A stretch of DNA of 63,114 nucleotides, filler included, from Octopus bimaculoides (GCF_001194135.2; 7 parts of 6 records of this genome joined end to end with filler, not necessarily neighbours in it), one strand, 5' to 3'. Numbered from the whole stretch's first letter, positions 49,537 to 62,982 are shown. Made by a program: numbers and translations. Notes: generated by a model not told the origin, from the letters alone.

Positions 49537-50370
49537 TTAAAAAAAATTTTTACACGGTCCCTTTTGATCGGAAATTTATTTTCTCCTCCCTATTTTTCTT
49601 TTCTTTCGAAAAGTAAACCTCTACATTGTATTTTGCCCCCTCTGTGTTCGGCCCTGTGTGGCTAATAAAGAAACTTATCTATTTGTCTGCCTGCCTTTGA
49701 AATTCCAAATCGTTTCAATTTTTATATTCATTTTATATTCAATTTCTCCCCCCCCCTCCTTTTCGTAATAGTCATAAAAAAATTGTGACTGCAGAAATTT
49801 TTGAAAAAGACCGGACCTAAGGTTCGAAATCGAAAAGATCATCTACAAGGTTATTTTTATTGTTTAACTCCCACCCACGAACAGTCTTGATATTATGTAA
49901 GGCCTATCATCAAAGGCGTTCCAGATGTGACAGTCATGTCGTTTTCATACATTAAAGGTTACACTGACTACTATGTTCTTGCGCTCTGAGCTACCCGGGG
50001 TCTGATTTCAGAGAGCATTGGCTGCTTTTCCAGAAACGAAATCGTCTCGCAGAGGATCCTTCGATGACTAAACGCTTCTAATTGTTTAGTCTCGGGTCAT
50101 CTTCAATAGCCTGATTCCTCTTAGGAATGATCAAATATGCTCCTACCGTGACCACACAGTTTTTTATCTTTAATTTCAAAATCTATAGAATTAATCGCGT
50201 TCTATTTTTTTCGAAAAACTTGGTGAGATTTGAAGGAGGTTTGGCTGTTATTTCTAGCAGGCTGGGCATCAGATCCCGTAGTTATTTTCAGTGTTACATT
50301 GGCGTAAAGCTACGTATTTACTGGAGGTAGACGTAGTCGGTTGAATTGTCTAGTATACAGCTGGTACTTT

Positions 50371-50780
50371 TTCTTTTATTCTTTTGTTTCAGTCATTTGA
50401 CTACAGCCATACTGGGGCACTGCTTTGAAAGGTTTTAGTCAAACAAATCGACCCCAGGACTTAAGTACTAGGACTTAAGCCTAGTACTTATTCTATTGGT
50501 CTCTATTACCGAACCGCTAAGTTCCGGGGACGGAAACACATCAACACCGGTTGTTAAGCGGTGATGGGGGCACAAACGCAGACACAAAGACACACACATA
50601 GATATACACACACACACAAACACACACACACACACACACACACATATAAATATATATATATACGACGTGCTTCTTTCAATTTCCGTCTACCAAATCCACT
50701 CGCAACGCTTTGGTCGGCCCGAGGCTACAGTAGAAGGTGATACGCAGGGGGACTGAACCCGGGAAGCAAACGTCTTACCT
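50371..50780 (-). mobile_element. SINE family B
   Basis: Reverse-complement match along the length. Confidence 0.8.
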
Positions 50781-50959
50781 TTAATAGTCTATCGTAAATC
50801 AAAGAAGAATTTTGCACCAAGACAATTAGATCTAGGCTTACAGTATTCCATGAATACCTTCTTGATCAAAACAGTAGAAAGTGATTTGAAAGCGATTTGG
50901 TTGCTTTTTCTAGCAAGTCAAAGCGATTACGTAAGGGCGCCTTTCGTTGGCAAATAATT

Positions 50960-51562
50960 CATTAAATTGTAGTAGTATAGGCCATTAAATTTAGTAAAAT
51001 AGCAGTATATCCCATTAAATTTAATAGACGAGAAAGATAGTCTATAAAGTTTAATAAAATAGTCCATAAAATTTAACAGAGACCCAATGGATTCTATTAA
51101 ATTTAGTAGGGGAACATTACAGTCAATTAAATTTAATAGTAGAGAAATATTATCCATTAAACATAATAAAGGAACTGAAATGTCCATTAAATTTAACAGA
51201 GGAGAACTATAGTTCATTAAATTTAATGGAGGATCAATACCGTCCATTAAATTTAACTCAACGATTCATTCAAATTGAATGAAAGTGCAACATTAAATTA
51301 AATACAAGTGAAATATACTACATTAATATTCTTTTCTACTCTAGGCACAAGGCCCGAAATTTTGGGGGAGGGGACCAGTCGATTAGATCAACTCCAGTAC
51401 GCAACAGGTACTTAATTTATCGACCCCGGAAGGATGAAAGGAAAAGTCGACCTCGGCGGAATTTGAACTCAGAACGATACTACATTAATACAAGAACAGT
51501 ATAGTCTATTAAATTTGATACAAGAGGAGAGGCCATTAAATTTAATAGTCCATTAAATTAGA
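50960..51562. repeat. Diverged 30-bp-period array with conserved CCATTAAATTTAA core, interrupted by a SINE
   Basis: Cores at 50982, 51012, 51042, 51064, 51094, 51124, 51154, 51184, 51214 and 51244, then 51506, 51533 and 51550. Confidence 0.85.
51329..51476 (-). mobile_element. 5'-truncated SINE family A
   Basis: Perfect 14-bp TSD ATACTACATTAATA (51315-51328, 51477-51490). Confidence 0.9.
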
Positions 51563-51580
51563 CCTCAGTACACAGTAATA

Positions 51581-51972
51581 TCTTTTGTTAATTGTTTCGG
51601 TCACTAGACTGCGGCCAGTCTGGGGCGCTACCTTGAAGAAGTTTTAATCGAATGAATAGACACTCGTACTTATTTTTCACTCAAAACCTGATACTTATTC
51701 TATCGTTTCTTTTGTCGAACCGCAGAGTTACGGTGATGTAATCACATCCACACCGGTTATCAAATGGTGGTGGAGACAAATGCTCACACACTCACGCTCG
51801 CGCACACGCACACATATACGACGGTCTTCTTCCAGTTTCCGTATATGAAATCCTCTTAGAAGGTCCGAGGCTATAGTAGAAGACACTTGCCCAAGGTGTA
51901 ACGCAGAGGGGTTGAACCTGGGACCATGTGGTTAAGAAGCAGGCTTCTTACCAAACAACCACGCCCGTGCCT
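51581..51972 (-). mobile_element. SINE family B
   Basis: Reverse-complement match along the length. Confidence 0.8.
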
Positions 51973-52260
51973 ATGTAATGGTAGACATCTTGTTGACTCG
52001 CGAGTCGACGAGTTGTGATAGGCAAACTGGAACCTCGACGTGATTTGAACTCGGGATTGGCAAGATGAAAACTAAACGCCATAACGCGTGTAATTGGTGG
52101 CTGTACAAATTCGGCCATGTCTCTATCACCTTTCGCTGGTTATTAGAGACGCTATTGTTTACTTTGCTTCAGAGCAATTGTTTGTTCACAGGTGTTGAAC
52201 TACTACCGCTGCCGGGATTGCTATTTCCAGGTACAGGCGCACGCACGCACGCACGCAGGC

Positions 52261-52338
<78 letters not shown>

Positions 52339-52439
52339 NNNNNNNNNNNNNNNNNNNNNNNNNNNNNNNNNNNNNNNNNNNNTTAATTAATTAANNNNNN
52401 NNNNNNNNNNNNNNNNNNNNNNNNNNNNNNNNNNNNNNC

Positions 52440-52576
52440 TACAGATTAACGAACTGCAGCAAAGTGAAATGAAGTGTCTTGCTCAAGAACACAACACACA
52501 ACCCGGTCTGGGAATCGAACTCAGTACCTCCTGATTGTGCGCCCGACGATCTAACCACTGAGCCATGCGCCTTCAC
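52440..52576 (-). mobile_element. SINE family D-like 5' part
   Basis: Reverse complement GTGAAGGCGCATGGCTCAGTGGTTAG is shared with 27841. Confidence 0.75.
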
Positions 52577-52609
52577 GAAGGAGCAAGATAGTCACGGTTA
52601 AAATGCATT

Positions 52610-52738
52610 CTATCGTTCCCGAAAGGATGAAAGGCAAAGTCAACCTCGGCAAAGTCAACATCGGCGGAATTCGAACTCAGAACGTACCGCTAAGCATTTC
52701 GCCCGGCGTGCTAACGTTTCTGCCAGCTCGCCGCCGTT
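52610..52738 (-). mobile_element. SINE family A 5' part
   Basis: Head GGCGGCGAGCTGGCAGAAACGTTAGCACG on the minus strand. Confidence 0.8.
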
Positions 52739-52862
52739 GAACAAAGTAGAAAGTAACAACTAAATGTCTTTCAAATTGCCGTCTTTATACTTATAGGTAT
52801 GTATGTAAGTATGTATATATGTATGTATGGATGGATGGATGGATGGATAGCTGGCTGGATAT

Positions 52863-53058
52863 ATTTGTCCCCTACTGCCGCTTCACAGTCAGTGCTGGTT
52901 TAGTTACGTCTCGGCAACCTAGCGGTTCGGCAAAAAAAGCAACGATAGAATAAGTACGAAGCTTAAAAAATATAAATAAGTACAGGAGTTGATGCATTCG
53001 ACTACATCGTTTAAGGCGATGCCCCAGCATGGTCGTAGTCATTAACTGAAACAAATAG
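52863..53058 (+). mobile_element. SINE family B 3' half
   Basis: Matches 53280-53470. Confidence 0.7.
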
Positions 53059-53069
53059 ATTATATATAT

Positions 53070-53480
53070 AGGCGCAGGAGTGGCTGTTTGGTAAGCAGCT
53101 TGCTTACCAACCACATGGTTCCGGGTTCAGTCCCACTGCATGGCACCTTGGGCAAGTGTCTTCTACTATAGCCTCGGGCCGACCAAAGCCTTGTGCGTGG
53201 ATTTGGTAGACGGAAACTGAAAGAAGCCCGTCGTATATATGTATGTATATATATATCTGTGCGTGTTTGTGTGTCTGTGTTTGTCCCCCCCAACATCGCT
53301 TGACAACCGATGCTGGTGTGTTTACGTCCCCGTAACTTAGCGGTTCGGCAAAAAGAGCCGATAGAATAAGTACTAGGCGTACCAAGAATAAGTCCTGGGG
53401 TCGATTTGCTCGATTAAAGGCGGTGCTCCAGTATGGGCACAGTGAAATGACTGAAACAAGTAAAAGAATATATAAAGAAT
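53070..53480 (+). mobile_element. SINE family B, full length and least diverged copy
   Basis: tRNA-like head (TGGCTGTTTGGTAAG...GGGTTCAGTCC), central TA/TG tract, tail GGCGGTGCTCCAG...GACTGAAACAAGTAAAAG. Confidence 0.9.
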
Positions 53481-55672
53481 TGTTAAATATAGGAATTAAT
53501 AGATATATCGATCTTATAATAAATACAAATGATCTTATTGATTGCTTATAGGCAGATGTGTTTATATGTGTATGTATATGTGCATGTGTGCGTACAGAAG
53601 TGTGTGTATATTAGTGTGCGTTGCGATCGTGGGGTGGGGGATCGATGCCTCTTTACAAGTCCTTTCAGTACAATTTGGTAACAATCATCACAGAGAAATT
53701 ATCACTCTTCAAGTGATCAGTCGTTGAAACACTTTTGACCGATTCCACGCTGACCAACTTGCGGTCATTATTAGTTACCGTCTATGGCTCGTGTCCAGCA
53801 AAGCCTTTAGCACCCTATACCCACACCAATTCGCACTGACCACGCCATCCACCTTCGCTTCCAACCAACCAGCCAGCCAGCCAACCAGCCAACCAACTAA
53901 CCGACCAACCGACCGACTGACCAGCCAGCCGGCCAAACACACACTTAGCGTTTGTTTTCGTTTATTTTTTTTGGTTTTGATATATATATATATTTTGGTG
54001 TGTTTTATATTTGGTGTTTTCATGTTTCCGAGTTTTCTGGCAGAAATGTGGATAATTAGTATCTCAGCGACCGCCAACACTACCCCGAACGCCGCCGCCA
54101 CCACCACCACCACCACTACTACTACTGCTGCTGCTGCTGCTACTGCTGCTGCTGCTGCTACAACTACTACAACTACTACAACTACCACCACAAACACTCT
54201 TGTATTCCATAGATTTCTTCAGGTACAGAGCTGAAAAAGCATAGTCTTTGAAATGCGACGATACATACATGCATCCATACATACATATATATACATACAT
54301 GCATGTGTATATATATCTATCTATCTATCTATTTTGAAACGCCAGTGTTGAATGGTGGCAGCTGATGAAGGAAATGTTCTCTATGTGGCCTGTGTGTTTT
54401 CTGTACTTGTTTATCATTTTGTCTACGTTTTGTTTACAATGTCCTGTACCCAGATATGCATCTATGGGAACGTGAAACTCAGAGTAACGGTTTTTTTGTT
54501 ATATTTCTGCTGCTTTTAAATAAAGTATATATATNNNNNNNNNNNNNNNNNNNNNNNNNNNNNNNNNNNNNNNNNNNNNNNNNNNNNNNNNNNNNNNNNN
54601 NNNNNNNNNNNNNNNNNNNNNNNNNNNNNNNNNNNNNNNNNNNNNNNNNNNNNNNNNNNNNNNNNNNNNNNNNNNNNNNNNNNNNNNNNNNNNNNNNNNN
54701 NNNNNNNNNNNNNNNNNNNNNNNNNNNNNNNNNNNNNNNNNNNNNNNNNNNNNNNNNNNNNNNNNNNNNNNNNNNNNNNNNNNNNNNNNNNNNNNNNNNN
54801 NNNNNNNNNNNNNNNNNNNNNNNNNNNNNNNNNNNNNNNNNNNNNNNNNNNNNNNNNNNNNNNNNNNNNNNNNNNNNNNNNNNNNNNNNNNNNNNNNNNN
54901 NNNNNNNNNNNNNNNNNNNNNNNNNNNNNNNNNNNNNNNNNNNNNNNNNNNNNNNNNNNNNNNNNNNNNNNNNNNNNNNNNNNNNNNNNNNNNNNNNNNN
55001 NNNNNNNNNNNNNNNNNNNNNNNNNNNNNNNNNNNNNNNNNNNNNNCCGTGTCTCAATCTCTCTTGCATCCTGTCCTTTTCACTCTCGTCCCCCCACCTA
55101 CCCAGCTTCTTTCCACACCCTCTCACCACCACGACCCACCCCCCGGTAGTCTAGTCATCAACGACCATCATCTGTTCTTCATCATGTGTCGCAAGAATGG
55201 AGAAGCTTTTTAGAAGAGTGAAGAGAAGGCGACTAGCAGGGTGCTTCGGGTAGGTGAAAGGGTAGTAGCATTAATGATTCGGGGTGGTAGTGGTGATGAT
55301 GATGATGACGACGATGATGATGATGATGATGATGAAGATGACGTTGATGATGATGACGATGATGATGATGATGACGATGGTGATTATGGAGCGATTGATG
55401 ATGAGGATAATGATGAGGGTGATAGTAGCAGTAGTGATGGTGACAGGGGGGGGTGATGATGGTGGTGGTAATGATGATGACGATGCCGACTACAACGAAG
55501 ACGACGACGACGACGACTATGANNNNNNNNNNNNNNNNNNNNNNNNNNNNNNNNNNNNNNNNNNNNTTAATTAATTAANNNNNNNNNNNNNNNNNNNNNN
55601 NNNNNNNNNNNNNNNNNNNNNNGTAGGTATGTATATATATGTATGGATATATGCATATATTTATATATTATT

Positions 55673-55721
<49 letters not shown>

Positions 55722-56329
55722 ATACGATATTAACAATGATGATGATCAATGATTTATTTATTAAGGAATTGATCATGATAGCGAAAGCTATCTTAATGTT
55801 TCTTTTTGTTGTTGTTTTTTTCTAGCTGCAACAATCTATGTAAACATGGTGACTCAGCGACAGGTGGGGGAGGGGTGCACTAGAATCAATATTACTCACA
55901 GCGAATGTAGGGCTGTGATGATTGAAAAAGGCGAGAGGACGAGCAAATTGTCATTTAAATAAAATTTACAATTATTTTTTAAACGTTTTAACCCAGATAC
56001 AAACTCTGAGCTGGCTTTTCATTGAAATGGAGTAGAAAGCAGAAAAAACAAAACAAAACAAAACAAAAAACCCTGAGTATTTGTAGACAGGCATTGGTAT
56101 TGTAAAGTTTTTGAAAAATCACTGTGTCAAAGGTTTGAAGCTGTTAAATAATTTGTGTTGAAACAAAGATTCGTCTTACATCTCCCGAAGATCGATAAGG
56201 AAGAAAACGTATTGTGAGTTCCCTGGATATTTGTGTCTAGAGTTTTAGGACTCATGGAAGTGGGGTTAGTCCACATTACTCCGTAAGAAGCATAGGACCG
56301 GTTCTCCAGTGTCTCTGGCGTATATTTTC

Positions 56330-56460
56330 CAGGGTCGACCTTGCCTTTCATTTTTTCGGGGTCGATAGAATAAGTACCCGGTTGAGTATTGGGGTCGATG
56401 TAATCGACTTAGCCCTCACTCCGGAATCGATGACCTTGTTCCAAAATTTGAAATCAGTAT
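56330..56460 (+). mobile_element. SINE family A 3' part
   Basis: GGTCGACCTTGCCTTTCA..GGGGTCGATAGAATAAGTACC core. Confidence 0.7.
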
Positions 56461-56484
56461 ATTATCAATGTAGGTATATGTATT

Positions 56485-56820
56485 ATTTTATTTGTTTCAA
56501 TCATTAGACTGCGGCCATGCTGAGACACCACTTTGAGGAATTTTAGTAATACTAAGCAAACCCAGTACTTATTCTAACCGTCTATTTTGCCGAACCATTA
56601 AGTTACGGGGATATAAACACATCATCACCGGTTGTCAATCTGTAGTGAGGGACAGGCACACACACATACATATATATATTTATATATGGTGGGCTTCTTT
56701 CAGTTTCTATCTACCAAATCCACTCACAAGGCTTTGGTCGGCCCGAGGCTATAGTGGAAGACACTTGCCCAAGGTGCCACGCAGTGAGACTGAACCCGGA
56801 ACCATGTGGTTGGGAAGCAC
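56485..56820 (-). mobile_element. SINE family B
   Basis: Reverse-complement match. Confidence 0.8.
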
Positions 56821-56885
56821 CGTATGTGATATATCTATATCTATCTATCTATCTATCTATCTATATATATATATATATATATATA

Positions 56886-57140
56886 CGTGGCACTCCGTCG
56901 GTTACGACGACGAGGGTTCCAGNNNNNNNNNNATATATACGTGGCACTCCGTCGGTTACGACGACGAGGGTTCCAGTTGATACGATCAACGGAACAGCCT
57001 GCTCGTGAAATTAACGTGCAAGTGAGCAATCCACAGACACGTGTACTCTTAACGTAGAGATTTAGCGTGACACAGAGTGTGACAAGGCTGGCTCTTTGAA
57101 ATACAGGTACAGCAGAAGCAGGAAGAAAGGGTGAGAGGAA
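56886..57140 (-). mobile_element. SINE family C 3' part
   Basis: GGCACTCCGTCG..ACGACG.CGAGGGTTCCAGTTGAT matches 34090 onward. Confidence 0.8.
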
Positions 57141-57379
57141 TTTGCACATACATACATACACATACACACATACACAGTACATACATACATACATACATAC
57201 ATACATACAATGTGTACACGAGCGCCTGTATGTACTTACGTGTGTATAGGGACGAAACCTGGCGACTCACCTCACATCGTTTAGTCTATCTCTTAAAGCA
57301 GTTCTCTGGCGTGATTGCTATGCATGCTAAAATTTATCAGAAACACGGTGAAGAACTAGATGTTAAAGATCTGGAGAAT

Positions 57380-57615
57380 CATCAACATTGACGATGAAGT
57401 CAACTGCAGAATTGCCAAGGCCGTCTGAGTGCAGTAGGAGCTCAACTTCCAAATGACTGTTAAAGTCTACAGAGCCGTTGTTCTGTTAATTTTGCTGCAT
57501 CCCAGTGAAGCGTATAATGTCTGCAGTTTGCAAGCAGAATCGCTTGACAGTTCCCCGATGAATTGCCCGCGCAAGATATTGCACGTTCGTTGGTAGGACA
57601 ATGCCACCGGTACAG
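57380..57615 (+). mobile_element. RTE (BovB-like) remnant
   Basis: NIDDEVNCRIAKA...VYRAVVL.ILLH.SEA...RKIL.VRW. Confidence 0.65.
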
Positions 57616-57737
57616 TTTTCAATGACCAGTAACATAAATTAATTAGGGGTTTCTTAGCTTAATGGTACAGAGCGCTCAGCTGGAATTCGAGAGGTGCAGG
57701 TTTCGATTCTCTGTGGAGTATTGGAGGCCACTTCTTC

Positions 57738-58154
57738 AGGCGCAGGCGTGGCTGTGTAGCAAGATGCTTGCTTCCCAACTTCATGGTTCCAGGTTCAGTC
57801 CCACGGCGTGACACCTTGGGAAGCTGTCTTCCACTATAGCCTGGGACCGACCAAAGCCTTGTGAGTGGATTTGGTAAACGGAAAGAAGCCTGTCGTATAT
57901 ACATATATACATGTATATGTATATAGCTATGTAAGTACGTCTTTGTGTCTGTGTTTGTCCCCCACCACCGTTTAACAATCGGTTTTGGTGTGTTTACGTC
58001 CCCATAACTTAACGATCCGGCAAAAGAGAGGGATAGAATATAAGGCTTTTTTTAAGAAAAATAAGTCTTGGAGTTGATATGTTCGACTAAAATTTTTGAA
58101 GGTGGTATTCCAGCATAGCTACAGTCAAATGATTGAAACAAGTAAAAGCTAAAA
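57738..58154 (+). mobile_element. SINE family B
   Basis: Match along the length to 53070-53480. Confidence 0.85.
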
Positions 58155-58380
58155 TGGTAAACGGTAATGAATGCATTAATTAATTAATTAATTAATCAAT
58201 TAATTAATTAGCATGTATCTAAGATGCGTTACCCTAGTCGCGTTGCCAGAACAGATGAATGACAACTTCTGAAATGTCTTTTCTATTGCGCGTCTGTAGA
58301 GAAGGAGTGAAACGTTCATTAGACGGACGGCGCAGTCGCGGTAAGGATACTTTTAAGGACTTTCGAAAAGAATCGACTAT

Positions 58381-58697
58381 TTCGTACGCGGAAGGATGTC
58401 TAATGGAAAATTGCCGAAGGACAAGAAGCCGAAGCCAAAAAGCCGAACGGACACAATGCCGAACGGACATAAAGCCGAACGGACACAATAATAAAGAAAA
58501 AAAAACATTCCTACCTACATTTGTTTAATGACCATTTTAGTCTGTCAAATGGTCATATTGTAGAAATAAAATGATTATCTTATAATTTAACTTTCGTATG
58601 TCTTTTCGGCATCTTGTCCGTTCGACATCTTGTCCGTTTGGTTTCTTGGCTTCGGTTCCTTGTCCTTCGCAAAAATGCATTCGGCATCCCGTCCGAA
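58381..58697. mobile_element. Foldback/MULE-like MITE with ~100-bp modular TIRs
   Basis: Left arm has repeated GCCGAACGGACA units and the right arm is its diverged reverse complement. AT-rich core. No clear TSD. Confidence 0.65.
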
Positions 58698-59098
58698 TAC
58701 CAAGTATTTATCTACAACTGCAAAAGAGCATTGAAGCTAAGGGCTCCATCTGGTCTAGTCTCGTAGATATAGCTGCCGTGGTATCCGAGCAGGCCAACAA
58801 CATCAAACAGGTTTGAACAGCTGAGTGAATTTAGAAAATGTAGAGTCGCCGGAGAATCGAGTCACAAAAGTAAGAGTGTTAATTATTGCTGGACTTACCT
58901 ACGAGAGACGTTATAGTCATTGTCCATATCTGTACGCTCACACGAAATGGGGAGCAGGTGTAGGCAAAAACAGTTTGCTTATAAAATATGTACAATAACA
59001 ATAAATTTACATTAACTCATGCGAAGAATGACTGAAAGGATATGCACAAACACGCACGCACGCATGCACGCATGCACGCACACACAAACACACACACA

Positions 59099-59164
<66 letters not shown>

Positions 59165-60247
59165 NNNNNNNNNNNNNNNNNNNNNNNNNNNNNNNNNNNN
59201 NNNNNNNNTTAATTAATTAANNNNNNNNNNNNNNNNNNNNNNNNNNNNNNNNNNNNNNNNNNNNATATATATATATATATATACGTATATATATATATAT
59301 ATAAATACACACACACATATATATATATATATTTAGGTACATTATATACATATATGTATATTTGCCTGTCTTTTTTTTATTGTGTGTGTGTGTATGTGTT
59401 TGTGGCTTTGTGCACCTATATGTGTTTTTGTGTGTGTGTATTTTCTTAATCTGTGGGTGAAATTTACTGTTGGTGAAACGTACGATCTATGTGTATATAC
59501 ACACAAACACTCAAACACACACACACACGCACACGTACGCGCACACACATACATCATTATACACATACGTGTACGTGGATATGTATGTACATTTAAGTAT
59601 GTATGCGTATGTATAGGAATATGCGTGTACGTAATTTTGTTTTGCAAGAGTTTGTGTATATATGTATATATGTATACACACATGTATACGTATCCATATT
59701 TCCTAATGTCGTTTAACCGTTCTCTCTTCCTTTCTTTCTTTCTTTCTTTCTTTATTTCTTCCTTCCTTTCTTCCTTTCTTTCTTTCTTTCTTTCTTTTTT
59801 TCTTCTTCTTCTCGTCTTTGCTTCTTTTTTTTCCTTCTATCTCTCTGTCATCGAATGTTTTCTTTAGAAATTTTTGATTATATGTTTATTCTGACTTTAT
59901 ATAAATTGTGATTTGCTCTGTGTGCATCTGTGTGTATGTATGTATACGTGCGCGCGCGCATGTGTGTTATAAATACAAACAAATCTAAACACATACGAGA
60001 GCGAGTGCATATGTGTGTGTCCGTGTCTGTGTACGTTTATATAGTTATATGCATGTGTATACCCATGTGTTACGTGTGTGTGTATGTGTGTGTGAGTGTG
60101 TGCATATGTGTGTGAAAACGAACGTCTGTATGCTTGAGTGAGTGTATATGTATGTAGTTTTTGTTTGTATTTTATCATTTTTCAGCGTGTTTGTTTTATT
60201 TACAATTAAAAAAGGAATATGATATTTCTAATGTTTTGATATAAACA

Positions 60248-60290
<43 letters not shown>

Positions 60291-60685
60291 NNNNNNNNNN
60301 NNNNNNNNNNNNNNNNNNNNNNNNNNNNNNNNNNNNNNNNNNNNNNNNNNNNNNNNNNNNNNNNNNNNNNNNNNNNNNNNNNNNNNNNNNNNNNNNNNNN
60401 NNNNNNNNNNNNNNNNNNNNNNNNNNNNNNNNNNNNNNNNNNNNNNNNNNNNNNNNNNNNNNNNNNNNNNNNNNNNNNNNNNNNNNNNNNNNNNNNNNNN
60501 NNNNNNNNNNNNNNNNNNNNNNNNNNATAAATACGCACACTTACATATATACATACACATATATATGTATGTATGTATGTATATAACTAGAAATATATAC
60601 ATATACATACATATATATGTATATTTCACCATCGCCACATGGATATATATATATATATATTTGAATATATGTATGTGTATGTACG

Positions 60686-60759
<74 letters not shown>

Positions 60760-61367
60760 TGCGCGTGTGTATGTGTGTGTGTGTGTATTTACATACATAC
60801 ACGCATACACACACGTATATATACATGTGTATGTATGTGTGTGTATAAAGCAAATAATAGGAAAAGGGGAAAGAAATCAAAGATAAAGAATAAAAAAAGA
60901 TAAAATTATTAAGGAAAGGAAAAGAAGAAAAAAAAGCAGAAAGCCCTGAACCCGAAAAATTTGGAAAGAAATGAATTAATACTAATTTAATATTCCCTCA
61001 AAGAAAAATTATGCTTTTATTTAATTAAATTTAATGGTTGAAAGTGATGAAGTAAATAAATAAATAAATATACAAACAAACAAATGAATAAATATTTAAA
61101 TAAATAAATTGAGATATCATTAAATAAATGTACAAATGAACAGGTTTCTTTCTTTAAATTGCATCTTTAGAAGAAAGCACTCAAAACTGTCACAATTTTT
61201 TTTTCATTTGTTTTATGTGGCGTGAATGTTCTTAAAATGTTCTTACTTAAAGGTGCAAAAGTCACGAAATATGAGAATATAAAAAAAAGGAGAGGAGCTT
61301 GTGAGACATTAATGCTTTTTCTTAACGGTATACAGCATATATTAATGACAGATATTACGCGGGCTGA

Positions 61368-61425
<58 letters not shown>

Positions 61426-62052
61426 GTCTTATTTCTATTATGTCAGAGGTGAGGGAGCGAGATGGGTTGTCTGTGACGTATGTTGGTCGTTTACTGCCCG
61501 TCCACAGATTTCGGTATCTTCTTCTTCTTCTTCTTCTTTTTCTTCTTCTTCTTCTTCTTCTTCTTCTTCTGCATACATATATACATACATCCGTACACAC
61601 ATACACACACACACACACACGCACACGCACACACACACTCACACACACGCACGAACATACGCAAGCACACACTCACACACACATACATACACAGGCACGC
61701 ACACTCACACGCAGACACGCACAGACACATTCATGCACAGATATACACACGCGCGTGCACGCACATACACACGCGCGTGCACGCACATACACATGCGCGT
61801 GCACACATTTCACTTAGACATAGCGAAACTAACAACTTGGTGCTACAGCTTAATACTAATATGCTTCAGAACGAAGTACCAGTCGTGTACAAAGCAGTAA
61901 TAGAAAATTAGAATTAAAAAAATGTAATGTACTCCATTCGCTTACAGCCATTTCTGTTACAGTTGTTGGATGTTTGAATATCACCCTTTAGTTCATAATG
62001 TAATTGTCTATTCCTTTGTCCTTCTAATTTCTCATGCATAGATACATGATGT

Positions 62053-62097
<45 letters not shown>

Positions 62098-62321
62098 CTT
62101 TTCTACTATAGGCACAAGGCCTGAAACTGGGGGAGAAGGGGGCTAGTCGATTACATCGGTCCCAGTACGCAACTGGTGGTACTCAATTTATCGATCCCGA
62201 AAAGATGAAAGGCAAAGTTGACCTCGGCGGAGTTTGAACTCAGAACGTATGTAGCGACTGGTGAAAGAAATGCCGCTAAATATTTCGTCCAGCGTGCTAA
62301 CAATTCTACCAGAACGCCGCC
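62098..62321 (-). mobile_element. SINE family A, full length, between (AAT)n tracts
   Basis: Matches 2421-2637. Confidence 0.85.
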
Positions 62322-62324
62322 TTT

Positions 62325-62325
62325 G

Positions 62326-62380
<55 letters not shown>

Positions 62381-62393
62381 GGTAACGATAATA

Positions 62394-62459
<66 letters not shown>

Positions 62460-62497
62460 GTAACGATGATAATGACGATGACGACGACGACGACGAC

Positions 62498-62548
<51 letters not shown>

Positions 62549-62982
62549 TCTTTATTTCCCCAATCAGGGCTGATCAAGGGACTTAAAACAACAACTGAAA
62601 ATGCCTCACTATAAACAAAAAAACATAAACGGATAACACAACATTAAAACTACACACACAACAAACCACAACAAAACATAACAATATAACGCGGCGTTAC
62701 TCGACTGCAAAACAAGCTTAGCGCTTTCTTAAAATGGCGGATATCAAAATTATAAAATTCGATTGCAAGGTTTTGTAATTCCCTAAAATTGTAATAATTA
62801 AACACCGCTCACGTTCTGAAGACTACGTTCTTGATGTGATGAAACTACAATTTATTAGGGACACTTAATCCTGGATTTTAATCACGACATTGAAAATATC
62901 AATAAATTATAATGCAGCGGGGTTTTCTACCTTTTTCTTCGAACAAAGGGTTTCTTTCACAACCTAATACTAATACTACTGC

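Noticed and set aside
50960-51260. CRISPR-like repeat-spacer array
   Set aside because: The genome is eukaryotic, no cas genes are present, the core is only 13 nt, and the spacers are related to each other.
61815-61911. Possible terminal exon HSETNNLVLQLNTNMLQNEVPVVYKAVIEN*
   Set aside because: The acceptor is plausible, but there is no homology or partner exon, so it cannot be supported from sequence alone.
2258-62614. Dozens of ORFs reading [12 protein letters not shown], poly-I/L/T/M/S or X runs
   Set aside because: These are translations of di-/trinucleotide microsatellites and N gaps, with no splice or codon evidence.
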